DNA from: Antedon mediterranea
Taxonomy: Eukaryota > Animalia > Echinodermata
Length of the DNA: 64,000 nt
Assembly: GCF_964355755.1 (NCBI RefSeq)
Contig: NC_092675.1
Span: 17,580,912 to 17,644,911 of the forward strand
Reading direction: 5' to 3'
The notes below the pieces were generated by a model that made no database searches, was not told the DNA's origin, and saw nothing but the letters and a program-made list of their open reading frames with translations. The translations under genes and the position numbers were made by a program. Positions 42,225 through 56,100 of the stretch are shown here, in pieces. The first letter of the stretch is position 1. Each line of letters starts with the position of its first letter.

Positions 42225-43030
42225 GGCCTACAACTAGTATTATTGTCGATTATATTGTGTATGTGTACATTGTTTTGGAAAATCATAAAGAAATACATAC
42301 AAAGTGAAAATATTAATTACTGACATTAAAAATAAATACATCTAATAATACAGTAAAGATTTTCCAAGATAGCCCAATAAGCTTATAAATAAGATTGTAT
42401 TTGAGAAATAGAGATGCAGGTCCCCGGAAATTACACCTAAATTTGAAATATGGAAACGAAATGTATAATATATATTCAGTACCTACTTTCTTTTGAATAT
42501 AAAAAGAAATAAATAAGCAGGACCAGCCCTACACCGTAAGTGTTGCTAAAGTACGAGCCAGCGAGGAATACAAATGCATGCAATCCATGCGGCCATGACG
42601 GGATTCAGCAACATATATTATAAAAATACAGCGCGAGCCACACAAAAAGCCTAATTAATTTTCTATCCAGAAGCAAGTTCAGCTTCATTTTTATGCATAT
42701 CCTAGTCCGACGGCGGATAGTCCAACTTTGAAGTTGGCCTAGACAGCTGATCTTTACAAATGTTCTAAAGGCCAACTTAACTATTTTGTTTCTAATTTTC
42801 TGGCATTATAACGTTTTTTATACGTTTGAGGGCGCTAAACATAAAAGGATAAAAAAAAATCAAAGGATGCCACTGAAAAATAATGTTATAGTGTGCGCAT
42901 TAAGGCCCTGTCACAGCCTTGAGGTCGTTTCCATGACATCAGATGCATTGATGTTGCCGCTTCATGATATGATGGAAATGGGGACCACAAAAAAACAGTA
43001 GCTCGCATAGCTTTAACTCTATTCCACCAT

Positions 43031-43100
43031 AGAAGCGTGGGATTCGAATCCACGACATTCGTGTTGTTAACACGACGCTCAGTCGACTGAGCTACCGGTC
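43031..43100 (-). pseudogene. tRNA-derived SINE head or tRNA pseudogene
   Basis: A box TAGCTCAGTCG, anticodon-like hairpin TCGTG-TTAACAA-CACGA, B box GATTCGAATCC; the acceptor stem does not pair. Confidence 0.7.
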
Positions 43101-44337
43101 ATCTTGTTTATTAAAATGTTAATACAAGCTTTCGTTCCCATATGACGTTCATGAATATGCATAGTTATGACGCCACGACGAATTACGTAATATGAAACGC
43201 ATATAAAAAGACTGTACGTCAGCTATTCAGTCGTCAACTTTGTGGAGCAACGGGTAATTCTCTGTTTTCTCCAGCCTAGAAAATACACATTTATATTTTG
43301 TATAATTAGATATTTTGTGACAAAATGGCTGGAAGTAAAGTTAAATGGTTTTTATCTAGATACCTGTTTTGTTTAGGTCTGGTAAATCTGTAATATTACC
43401 TGACAAACAACTTCACCAAGTAGCATACAGTTCGGACAGGAGACTATAGTGTTTTGTATTTGAAACTAATTATATGTGTAGGTAAACAATTATCGACTTT
43501 AACAAATATTTACCCTTGATTTAGAATTACAATGACTACTATTTTAAAACTCGGAATAACACATAAAACTATACAAAAGGAAAAAGATAATCAATGATAA
43601 AAATAATGATTTAATTAAAGAAATTCGTGTTATAAAACTCTTTCAACTGTTTATTGTTATTGCAAAGGTTTTTGTTCTTTGTGTTGTTATTCTTTTTATG
43701 AGGTCAGGAAAGCCGTAGACGTGACCATCAATGTTGATAAATGATAATAATCCTGGTGGCCGCCACGTTCATTTGGAAGACCTTTATCACCACCAAGCTC
43801 GATCAATATCGGTAAATATGCTATTAATTGATAAACCAATATAAAATCACTCAATTTGTGTACATTGTAATTACCAATATATACCAAAAACTAGAACGAC
43901 AGAGATAGTGTATATCAACAGGGACATTGTGAAGCACACACATTTCGAATGTTTGTCACTTGTTACAGGTTGTCACTTTTAACTGTACACTAAAAAAAAA
44001 ATCACATTTTCAAGTTAACATTATCTTATTTATTTTAAGATTTTTGTTAATGAATATACTATTACCTACAATTCATTACTCACTAATATTATGATACCCT
44101 CTCTCTCTATAAGAACATTTTAAAGTTCAAAAGACCCACTTTTATTGCTTCTTTTCTTGTTAGTTAGTCTATAGTTATTTTGGTCAGTAAATACAGGTCC
44201 GCTATACTTTCTTTTTTGTAAGATCTTCTATTAATAGTATTGCTGTATTGTTTCATTATTATATATTACCATTTTTTTTATTGTATTTTTACTATTGATA
44301 GAAATTAAGAAATGTTGAATTAACTTATTCGTAAGTA

Positions 44338-44792
44338 CCGTAAATCTTCTAACCCACACTCTAATAGTAACCCACCTTCTAATACTACCCACCTTATAAG
44401 TCAATCTATAATAATAACCCACTCTAATAGTAACCCTTGGGAGTAGAGTAACAAAAACTAATGATGCAGCCATATTTTGAAAATAAGGAGATAATGCATG
44501 TTGATCTCGGGAGTGGGGAGGATTGAGTGTCTTTTAGTTTATAAAATAAAGTTTTACATAAAGAGTTCAACAACCAAATTTGTTTATTCGTATTGTTTTA
44601 TTATTTTGCTATGAGTTGCTGACTGGGAAAGTTGAGGGTGGGTTACTATTTTCATGTGCCTAATATTTTTAAATTAGTAATATAGTAACCCACTACTCTA
44701 ATAGTAACCTCCCCCCACCCCTTCTAATAGTAACCCACCTTAAAAAACAATTAAAGAATATTAACCCAGGGTTACAATTAGAGGATTTACGG
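44338..44792. mobile_element. Tc1/mariner (pogo-type) MITE
   Basis: TA|CCGTAAATC...GATTTACGG|TA; repeated subterminal CTAATAGTAACCC. Confidence 0.8.
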
Positions 44793-47700
44793 TATTCAAA
44801 CAAACAACTACATTATAATATTTATTCCAATACGTACATTATACGCTATAACACGTATAATACTATATACGTGCATTTTAATACATTCATTAAAATAACA
44901 TGTAATGATACAGTATATATGAATATTCTATCTGTTTGCTGAAATAATGTTTTTTATATTTTTTTTTCTACTTGTTTTTTCTATTTATCTGTTATCTATT
45001 AAACATGCATTGAATAGAAATAATCTTAATATTAAATGTGAACGAAGCAAGAGCCATAAAAAAGCTTCTAAGTCAGCAAAATTCTGGCCTATTATTAGAT
45101 CGATTTGAACTGCAAACTTTGTATGACTTTGATGGAAGTCAAGTGATGCGGCTGTTAACAATTCATTTTTTCCGAATAAGTTACACTTAAAGGTAAGAAG
45201 ATCATGACCTTATCCAACAATATGTAGTCAATCTTTAAACCGTCAATCAAGAGCAGCATTTATAAAGAAGATGTTTTGCATTTGGTTCGGTCTTTCATTA
45301 CATGAAGTACACAAATGTATAATTTCTTCAACATCAGCCTAAAACGGCTATCACCTGTTCATGTTATGTAAGAGAAGTAGAAGTAACACCTTCAACATCA
45401 CCTATAACCAATTCCATCGTTCTCCATTTTAAAAGTTGGAAAAGTATAAGTAGAAATACACAAACAACAACAATTATATTATTAGAATTGTCTATTTACG
45501 GGTATTCATATCATTTTAACCGACGTTTGTATCGTCCTACACATCCTCTCCGTCACCTGCAGGCATCCTTATTCTGTTGACATTTATCATTGCCATCATT
45601 GGTTTGATATATTTTACATTTTTTTTTATTCAGAAAATAAATGTACGTTAGTGGCTTTGCAATTTATTTTATTGATCAAACTAAAACAGCCAGGCCTACT
45701 TTACTCTAACTATAGTATTCCTGTAAAACAGCAGTAAGCCAGACCTACTGATATTCAATGTAGGGCCTAACACGTGGACCAATTTGAAACTGTTTATTCA
45801 ATGAGATTTCTCCATGAGTCTAAATCAATGTAATATGTGGTGGTGGTAAATTATAAATAAAGCATTATTAAAGATAGGTCTAATACAAATATGTTACTCA
45901 ACAACATGTTGAAATGTGGGTTACAAGGTCATGTCCTTAAATCATGCCATGTTTACAATAAACGCGAGAGGCTATTTTACGAGTTATACATTTCACCAAT
46001 TATTTCGAATATAATTATACACATCAAAATGTCAAGAAACATATTGCAATTCTTATGATTGTTTTTAGTTGGATCCAACACATGTTATCTATCTAATATC
46101 TATATATCTTTTCATCTGTAGCTGACCTGGATATGAAGCGCTTTTCGTCATTATGACTGACCTGGATATTCTGGATAATTGCATGCAACACTATGGTTCT
46201 GGTAGTTCTCCCAACCTTACGTTCAGCGGGGATTTAATCACACAAATTAGCCTGAAGTCCGTGGTGCCCGTATCATAGGAACTATGATGTTCCTCAACCA
46301 AGTCTTCCCTGATACACAGACGCACATTTCCCTTTCTGTATCTTGGCTAAGTATCATTAATATTGAGAAGAACTATGCCATATGTGTTAATACAGCAACG
46401 TTAATCTGGTGACGATATAACATATTCATTTGTTGTATCCTCTTTTTCATGATTTTAAATAATATTAAATAATAATCAGTATATTCTTCACATTGATCAT
46501 AATGTAATAAACTCGAAACACTAAGCAACTCTGCTTACATTATCACGGAAAAACGCTTATTTTATTAAATGCATATTAAGTTATGCTGATCGAACTTTCA
46601 AGAAAATTCTTACACACACAGCAACTAACTTTTAGATGGAAACCAGTTTCTTGCATTTATATTCAGTTGATTAAAGTTCAAAATTTGAAAACTGAAACGT
46701 CAGCAACTTTCTTTGGTTATCCGTGATTTATTAATTATCATACGATAAAAAGTTTAGAAACTATAATGGATGATTCCAAAATATTAGCCAATCAAAACCG
46801 TAGATGTGTAACTCTTGAAGTTTATAAGAGAAGATTTCGACACTGATTCTGTACTGGGAAACCTGTTATTGAGTGAGGTTTTATCAAGGAACTTCTTCAA
46901 CATTTTGCTCGTTTTATATTCGTAAGTACTTTTTTTACTTCTATGATAAAACTAGACAAATTTATGTAGTTTATTCTTGGTGTTCCAATGATTTTCACAT
47001 GTGGGTTTTAAATATAGCAAATGTGTGTAATGAAATATATAATTTTCATAAGTTTGTATTATAATAGCCAACTTTAGTTTGCAACTGCGAGTTGGTATTG
47101 CCTGTCTATAAGCTACTAGCGACAATTTTTTGATTACAAAGACTGTTATTTGATTCACTGAGTTCATAAACCTCGGTAAACTATGTGCATGGCCCGGTGG
47201 TATACACTAGCAAACTCTCTGAGATACCTTTTTTCAACGTTTGCAGTGTAAACCAGTTAGGCAAACTGCAGAAAACCAGTTTACAAAAATTAGTTTACTT
47301 TCTGACTGAAAAACTCAGCAAATTGAATAGTTAACAGTCTTTGCGGTGATGTTATTCCCCGAATGGACCAAATGACAACCCCAAGTATAAGTGTAGATAA
47401 GCAACTGCTTGAGTTTTCAAACAAAAGTAAATACTGTCAAATTTGCTAGTGTTTACAGTTTGCCGAAGTTTCTACAACTGGTCTAAACTTTTGAAAGCTT
47501 TTCGTGCCAAAGTTTATAAACTAAAGTTTTAGATCTTCATTTAAAGTATTTTCTGTAAAAATTGAAATTATTTTTTTTTTACATTTTAAATCAAACTTTT
47601 TTCTTCTCTCGTTGCTTCTGCTTCCTTTCTATTAGACTACTTTTTCTCATTTGTTTAAAGACACAATTAATATGGAACAAGAATTTCAATGTTTAATCAA

Positions 47701-47860
47701 AATTCAGTGGACAACAATTTATAAGTCTAAATTAAAATAAATTATGAAAACTTAATTATCAATATTTACTGTCATTTTTAATCAATTCAATTTAATTGCC
47801 TTGACATGGCAAATTTGTTTCAATTGTTTGATAAACAATGGTCAATACGATATATATAAT

Positions 47861-48051
47861 TAATTAGATGTTTTGCCCTACTCTGACGTAATTTGTACTT
47901 TATACTAAGTACATTTGAGAATACTAGCAAAAAAATTCGCAAGTAGTTCTCGGGTGAGACTCCAACCCACGACCTCCAGATGACTAGCCTGGCGTTCATA
48001 CCTCTAGACTAAAGTACAAATTACGTCAGAGTAGGGAAAAACATCTAATTA
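47861..48051 (-). mobile_element. tRNA-like SINE head enclosed by a 42-bp inverted repeat
   Basis: Arms 47861-47902 and 48010-48051 (41/42 identical); minus-strand TAGTCTAGAGGT...GTGGGTTGGAGTCTCAC in the loop. Confidence 0.7.
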
Positions 48052-49019
48052 CTCAACTCCCTGACGAAAAACTACAATTACGATATATAGTTTTTACAAT
48101 GAATGGTTGTATTGTGCTGGATGTGTTTTTCTAGTTTGTAATTTTACATACAATTTGGCCGTTGGACCACCAAATGTAATAATATTTTTAATGTGCAATA
48201 AAATTAATAATAATATTTCTACTACAATGGGTTCCTGCAACTTTCTATAACTTCTTCGACATTGGACATTACCGTTGATGAAATTCTAAAAAAAAAACGA
48301 CAAATGAAAGACTCGATTAAGAGTTTAACATTTATACTGAACAGCGGGAAAAAGAATCATAACGAAAAAAGATAATTTGATTCTCTCAACTCAGTAGGCC
48401 CCTATTCTAAAATAAGAACTTTATTCCTAACCCGACGGCATTTTACATAATCATCTGGATATCAAACCTAATCATTTGATGGTGCCTTAGATATTATTAT
48501 CTTAATATACGTTACAATACTAATTCTATCTATGTTCAGCCCGTCTTTTCATTCACAAACTTATCAGGGTGTGTGATGAGAACTGTGTTATAATTGAAGA
48601 AAGTGGGTGGAGACATCTGTAGTATAATTTCTGGTCCAATATTATTTCCTGTTTTGAGGAGTTAAACCCAATAAACAAGGTTAAGCTCTATACAACATGA
48701 CCGCAAAATTAGTTAAAATGTTGGGTTGTTTTAATGTAAAAGTCGTGACCTTTCATTGCAAAATATTTCGGTCCTGGCTCAAGTTTACTTTCTGATGCAT
48801 TCATTTCATTATCCTAACTTCTATTTATGTTGTTATCGGTTCTGTAACACTGTGTGCACTATTGCTGAAACAGCGGCATGATAAAATAAAATAAATAATA
48901 ATTTGGGGCATGGATCCCTAATATCAAGAAAACTTCAGTAGGACAGTATTTCCATTATTACTATCGTTGCAGACTTGAAACTCCCGTCGCAAACTTCTGT
49001 TTTCACATTCTAATTCTAA

Positions 49020-49163
49020 AGCTCTGTTGTTTACACTATCAAATACAAACAAATATGATGTGCCCATATATGGAAAACATAATGATGTCAATGTCATATC
49101 ATTACCATATTTGGGCACATCAAACTTTCTTTGTCAAACTAGTTTGATAGTGTAGACTGAGCT
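49020..49163. mobile_element. Small Harbinger/Tourist-like MITE; truncated copy at about 55230-55337
   Basis: TIR AGCTC.GT.TACACTATCAAA; internal GATGTGCCCA.ATATGG. Confidence 0.7.
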
Positions 49164-50080
49164 TAATTCAAGTCTAAAACCATATGCATTCTCTTCTCTA
49201 AAAAATACGGGGGAAATGTTGACTTAAACTTGAACTTTTCTGGAATAAATTCAATGTTAAATATTGTCTCTTGGAACTTTTGAACTTTGTTAACAATCAC
49301 CTCATGTTTAACAAAACTGTTGGCTTTTCTAAAAAACCTTGAAAACTATACCAATGACGTTATTCCTGAAAGACATTTCAATGAACTTCGTTATTTTCTC
49401 CCATGTGACGTCATTAAATACCCTGGATAGAAGTCGACAATTAATATAGCAGACAAATCTTCTAAACGAATTTGAACGCTCTAATAAATTATTAATGTTA
49501 CTTGTATTCCTCTAAGACCAAACTATTTAAACAAAACACTCGTTCTTCTATACCTAATAATATAATATAAAGATTTATATTCAAATCTGAGTTTTAAGCT
49601 CCTAAACATACCAGTAACTAAAATAATTTAAAATGACATTCGGATTATGACCAGGCTGCATGAAATGTTCGCGCAAGGTACCATACCATTCTTGTCCTAT
49701 TAATTCCTATATAAAATAGTCAATATTTGACTCCCTGGACATAAAACATGTTCACAAGGGGGAAAAGAATGGGACACTACAGCAGGGAACCTCAAGCGAA
49801 AATATAGACAATCGGACCAGCTCTATCAGTATCATAAATTATTTTAAGCCTCGTTGTCAATAAAAGTTGTCAAGTATTGTAAACAGACAATTATTAAATT
49901 AGTTTCCCTTGATGAAAATAAATCTACATTAACATGTGTCATAAAACAAGTATTTCTATCCTATTTAGATTAAACCAATTTTTTTATTAAATAGGTATAT
50001 CGTGATTAAGAAGTGATATCTTTTTGTTTTTAGAATTGCAAGAAAGCCTGAATAAGGTTGCTTGCGAACGCAACATCAAT

Positions 50081-50131
50081 ATGAAGGTTTTCGTTTTATT
50101 ATCGTTAGCAGTTGTTACAGCTGCTCAGGTG
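50081..50131 (+). CDS. Signal-peptide exon MKVFVLLSLAVVTAAQV
   Basis: Basic residue plus hydrophobic core; GTAAGT donor at 50132; acceptor at 50033 upstream. Confidence 0.8.
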
Positions 50132-53100
50132 GTAAGTCTTTAATAATCATTATTCAAATATGCTATAATATCGCCGATTATGGTCACCTCTGCCTTTTTG
50201 TCGTGTTCTTCTAATGTATATTAGCTTGAAAGAAAAGAATCGTTTACCTTATATTATTCGTTTATGCATGAAGTTTTCATGTTCAATTTGTTCGTATATG
50301 CTATCACGTGATCAAGTGATCAGGGGTGTGATTTCAATAATCAATCAATGTCGGGCTATTCCATGGTAGCAACAAAATAATTAAAACGGATAATGATACC
50401 TCCGCTTGGGTCAAAATGAATGAAATTAATATTATATTGTGCTTTAACTACTTCCATGTGTAGTTAAATGCATTTGACACAATAACCTCGGCTGTTTAAA
50501 TCAGTCACCATCTTTCAATGTTTTTTTGGAATGGAAACAATTAAGGCTACCCATCTTAAAATCCAATATGATAGAGGCCAATAGCCTCACGGTGGGAATT
50601 TATGGTCACATTCAGTGTTAAAATTTGTGAAAACTCGTTTGATGAATGATGCTCCTTCATTCTAGTTTGTTTATTGTATAGTAGGCCTACAATAATAATA
50701 TTGTCTAGGCGCGCCTAGGCCTAGGCCTATAGGCCTATATAGTTGTAATTTCAATTTTGAATAGGCCTACACTTTCAAATGTATTTTCATATTATGGACT
50801 ATAAAAGAATTTTAGTATCGGTATCAGTATAACCATATTACATTATTAAAATTATTTAGTTTTAGGTATCTGTCTGTAATGCACCTTGATTTTTTTTTTT
50901 TGTGATAAGGCCGCTTGGTGCATGTATGTAGGCTACATACTTTACTAACTAAAGGCATGACGTAATTTATATATGGGTATTTCCCACAGTCAAGAAGTAA
51001 AGCGCGCCACCTTCAAATTTCTAAAGCTTTTTGCTTGCTTTTACCCTTTTTGTTTTGTTGGCCTACAAGCTATTACACTTCAAAGGCTTCGAAGTAGCTT
51101 TACTCTAATAAAATTGACTGGTAAAATATTGTTTATGAATTACTACAGTATCTCCTCACAAAGGATATTATATCCTAGAAAATGTAAGTAGGAAAGTAGA
51201 TAGGAACCCAAAGAAAGTAAGAACTAGCCTAGTTAGGCCCAGCAGGTAGTCAAAACGTCGTAAAGAAAAAATCACCGGCTCAACGGCGGCCCAACCGATC
51301 ATATGCCCCGGCCTACTATAGGCATAGGGATAGGCTTGTCAAGCTAGGTAGGTAGATTAGCTAGCTCGGAGGCTAAAAGCTAGTAGTATAGCCTAGTCAT
51401 ATCCACTGAGAAGCTATCTAGCCCTAGCCTAGCGAAAGAGCCTGCAGTGCAGTATCCGGTTTACGATGCACGACCGATTTCTTCTGACACCCAGTATCCC
51501 CTGAGCAGGGAGGATCTGGGAGTTGTCTGAGGCTGCAGTGACCATATGAAGTTTACTCCAGTGGCCTACCAGACAGAGAAAAAAGTTCAAATGCAGGGTC
51601 GCAAACAATAACATATCTATCTAGCCTAGAACGACTAGCCTAGTAGTCGTATATTATGCACTGTATATGCAACATATATTTAAATTAAAAAGTATTTATT
51701 TTTGTTTTTAACATATTTTCTGTAGTTTCCCAAGATTGACAGAGAAACTGATTGTGAGTATGCGTTAGATCTGTTTTTACATTTGTTGTGATAGGATTGC
51801 TTGCTTTAGACTAAATTAGTACTAAGTAGACCATCTTTCTTTTGTTTTACAAGATTAAAAAAGAAATTGTCTTTCTTTCTTATTTAAAATACAAAAATCA
51901 TCACTATTCGGCATACACACATGAATCCGTAAGAAGTACTAGACAAAAGACCTAGACGATGACATGATTTAAATTTAATTTATTTTCAGTACTTTGCCAA
52001 CCATGTTGGAGAGAGAAGTCTCGCATACAAACCTTTGTCTTCGGAAGCTCACCAAAGTACATATCCACTGAGCATGTACCTCTATGCAATGTTGTTGGCC
52101 TCTATGAGCCAATGCAATGCTCTGATGGACAATGCTGGTGCACTACCAAGTGTGGTATGGAAATACCAAACACTCGCATGCAAGGCTCTGTCACGTGTAG
52201 TAAGTATTTTTTTAAGCAAAACTGTTGCCATGATTTGAACGATTTGCACAATTTCAAATTGTGCAATGATTTCATTGCACAATTTTCTTGGTTTATCAAA
52301 TACTGAAAATGTGTTAATACCTATTTCAAATTGCGCTGTACATTGCAGGTGAAGCATTGCTGGCAACATACTCTGCACCATGCACAGGTGTAACAGCAAT
52401 ACCAGGTTACACCCCTGCCTGTGACGAGAATGGCTTCTTTCAGCCGAAACAGTGCAATGTTAATGAGTGTTGGTGCATTACAGTATGTGGACAGGAAGTC
52501 AGTGAAACTCGTACTCCTATTGGACAGCCATTAGACTGCAGTAAGAACTTTCCTCAATTCAATTTCTTTTATTTCGGAAATATTCTAAAAATTGTCTAGT
52601 CTATTTCATGCTTAGCTTACCTAAATGTTTTTATGAACACTATCAAGCATAACATAGAACCATGCATTTCAAATACTTTAGCTGGGATGTAGCTATGTAT
52701 ATTGGCGGATGGGGGCTAAGGTTGGGTGGGCTTAGGCTAATAATTAAATCCATGCGTTAGGACCTGTTTCTGCTCCAAAAACCTATTTTATGTATTATTT
52801 GATGGATTATAAACTAATTTAATTTTGTTATGATTTTTATTTAAAGGTGCAGTGATGCAGAACCGTGTGTCAACTAGCGAGCCAATCGTGGCCTCCACAT
52901 CATGTGCTGATGGATCTGCTCCTCTTAATTGTGACCAACAAAACATTTGCAATCGATTGACATGTAACGGGTACCCTAGTGCCATTTGCAGACCAAATAC
53001 TTGCAAAGGTTGTATTATTGAGTGGTTCAACAGTGAGAATTCTAAACTGACATGTACAGATAGTAAGTGAATTATTGGGAAACAATGCATTTAAATCGAT

Positions 53101-56100
53101 CAGAAGTGATAACAGTCTGGTTGTATTTTATTCATTTCATTTTTACTAATGACACTTACTATCTATTTGCTATGTTACCAGTGATGATGGAGTTAATTAG
53201 TAGTAAAAACTCCAAAATGTTTATCCACTAGAGACCTACTAGGCTGATCCTGAATATGGACAGGTCCTCTGATCCCCCATTTGTGTATTTTTTACATTTT
53301 AAAATGGGGTACCAGACCTGACTAATTCCCCTTTTGATCTGTATATAAGAGTTGATGGAAGAGAACCTAAAACTGGCAAATAAATATCCCCTTTCTGCAG
53401 CAGTATGACCTTACTATATACACCTAGATCAAGTTTAGTGTAAACATGTTTGTTCTGGTCAGTGCGAGGTCAGTAAACAATGTAATTGTCATCCCTGGAC
53501 AGTTGTTTGACCTCAAACTACTCTGAAATGATCATTTACACCTCAGTTAACATGTCCCTGGCCTGTAGGTTATTCATATTCCATTAATTTCTTCATTTGT
53601 TAAAATTTTACAACAAATCTATTTTATTCCTTTATGCTTAAGTAAACAAAAGATTCAAATTGCAAATTTGCTCAAATAAAGAAGTTAAACCAGGGGGTAT
53701 AAAAATAATAGTATTGTTATACCCCCCTCGTTAAACGGTTATAATATTTCAATAGAATAACAGCGATTAAAAAAATGTGTTTATTGGTAACTTTCACGCT
53801 ACATTGGATAATAAGAATTACATTTTCTTGTACAGCCATTGTTATGACTGTTTGAAACGTGACTCTGGTTTAAAATGATAACCTCTTTAATCACTATCTC
53901 ATCTTGTTATCAAGAACTGTAGACGTGTTTCAGGTGTAATAACCTTCACTTTGTGTTTACTCCAATTGACCTGAAACATACTATTTATTGTAACTGATAA
54001 TGTATAATTAACAACTCCCTGGTATAATCATTAAGACCTAGAGCAACCAAATATGATTTTCTCTTAAATCATATTTATATCTAACAATTCAATACATGGT
54101 CCTCTGATACACAGTACTGATACTGATGTACTGTAAATATTGCATAAGTATTTAAAAACTTCAATCAACCAATTAGAAAGCTTAATAATCAGGGGCTACA
54201 CAATTACTTTTTTATCAACCTCATTGGTCATAGGGTCAAGTAAATTATAGTCGAGCTGTAGCTTGGTGGTTAAAGTGTTTGCCTTCCAATCCCAGGGTCC
54301 AGCATTCAATCCTGCTCCAATGCCAGCTAACTCATGGCTCTTTCAACTTCACTACTTAATCCTCAAATGAAACTGAGTTCATAAGCATGATAAATTATAA
54401 AATAGTTTTAACCATACTTGAAATTGGCGAGTTGCTCGCTGTTGGATGCGTTTGAAAGAATAAGGAGTAAATAAATATATGGTAGTTGCTTAATTCTTCT
54501 TCATTCTCCTTCAGTATAGGTTCTATACTGCGATTTGACTTATTTTGAAAACAAAAATATATTTTGGCATGAATGATGTGTCATACCTATGCTTGAGCTG
54601 AAATTAAAACAGCCAATGGTTTAGCTCGTAAATAACATGTCTAACTTCTTTACCATGCAAACACTAACACAGAATCTCCTTATAGTCATATTGGTGCACA
54701 ACATGACTAGTATCTTTTGTTATTTACAGACAAAGCTGGCCGTTGCCCCGCATACAACCTCATTGCTCCAGTAGACCAATCAGATTGCAGCTTCAGGTGC
54801 AACTCAGATGCTGACTGTAACGGAGCACACAAATGTTGTAGCACCGGCTGTGGCACCAAGTGTGTTGTAGCTAAAATGGGTAAGCAAGTATTTAATGTTG
54901 TAGCACCAGCTGTATTACCAAGTGTGTTGTAGCTAAAATGGGTAAGCAAGTATTTAATGTTGTAGCACCGGCTGTGGCACCAAGTGTGTTGTAGCTAAAA
55001 TGGGTAAGCAAGTATTTAATGTTGTAGCACCGGCTGTGGCACCAAGTGTGTTGTAGCTAAAATGGGTAAGCAAGTATTTAATGTTGTAGCACCGGCTGTG
55101 GCACCAAGTGTGTTGTAGCTAAAATGGGTAAGCAAGTATTTTATGTTGTAGCACCGGCTGTGGCACCAAGTGTGTTGTAGCTAAAATGGGTAAGCAAGTA
55201 TTTTATTTGCAGCATAAACATTTCCTTTAAGCTCTGCTTACACTATCAAACTAGTTTGACAAAAAAGTGTGATGTGCCCAAATATGGTAGTGATATACCC
55301 AAATATGATAGTGATATGACATCATCATGTCCATATTAAAAGCAGCCTATCGATGTGGTGGCATTAACTGCAATGTGGCAGAGTTTGTAGTGATTATTGT
55401 TATTACGATTATTGTAGAAAAATGGGGAAGCTGTCCAGCCTCAAAGTCATTCCTTGACAATACATGTAGCTACAGATGTACCTCTGATTTTGACTGTCTT
55501 GGAGATGAGAAGTGTTGTTCCAATGGATGCGGAAAGGTCTGCACACAGACCTTCAGGACTGGTATGAAACAAATCTAATGTTAAATGGCTCATAGCCGCT
55601 GGTTCTGACTGCCAAAATAACTCAATTATTTTCAATTTTGTGTTAACCTAATTTCAGATAAAATGAAAATATAAAAAAAATAAATAAATAAATAATTAGA
55701 TAAGTAGGTTATACTAGAATAGAAATGTTGTTTTATACAATATGCAGTTACGGTAATTTTATGCATAGCTGACTTATGATATTTTCGCTCTCAGAAAATA
55801 GGTTGTACACTTGAAAGTTATCCAATCACATCAAGTTGTAGCTCTTATAAATAATAATAATAATAATGATAGTCTTATATAGCACTAAATACCAATGTTT
55901 CTAAACGCTTTACGATCCATAAAATATCCTAAGATAACCAAAATTGATGAAAAGCAGAGGAACCATTTACACTGCTTTATCAAAATGTTGTTTACCGTTG
56001 ACTACAGCTAAGGTAGGAACATGCCCAGCTCCTAAAACCTTTGGTATGATGCAATCCAACTGTGCTGTTCAGTGCCGCTCTGATGAACAATGCTCATCTA

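Noticed and set aside
43031-43100. Functional tRNA-Val(AAC)
   Set aside because: The acceptor stem does not pair and the D-loop GG is missing; treated as SINE or pseudogene
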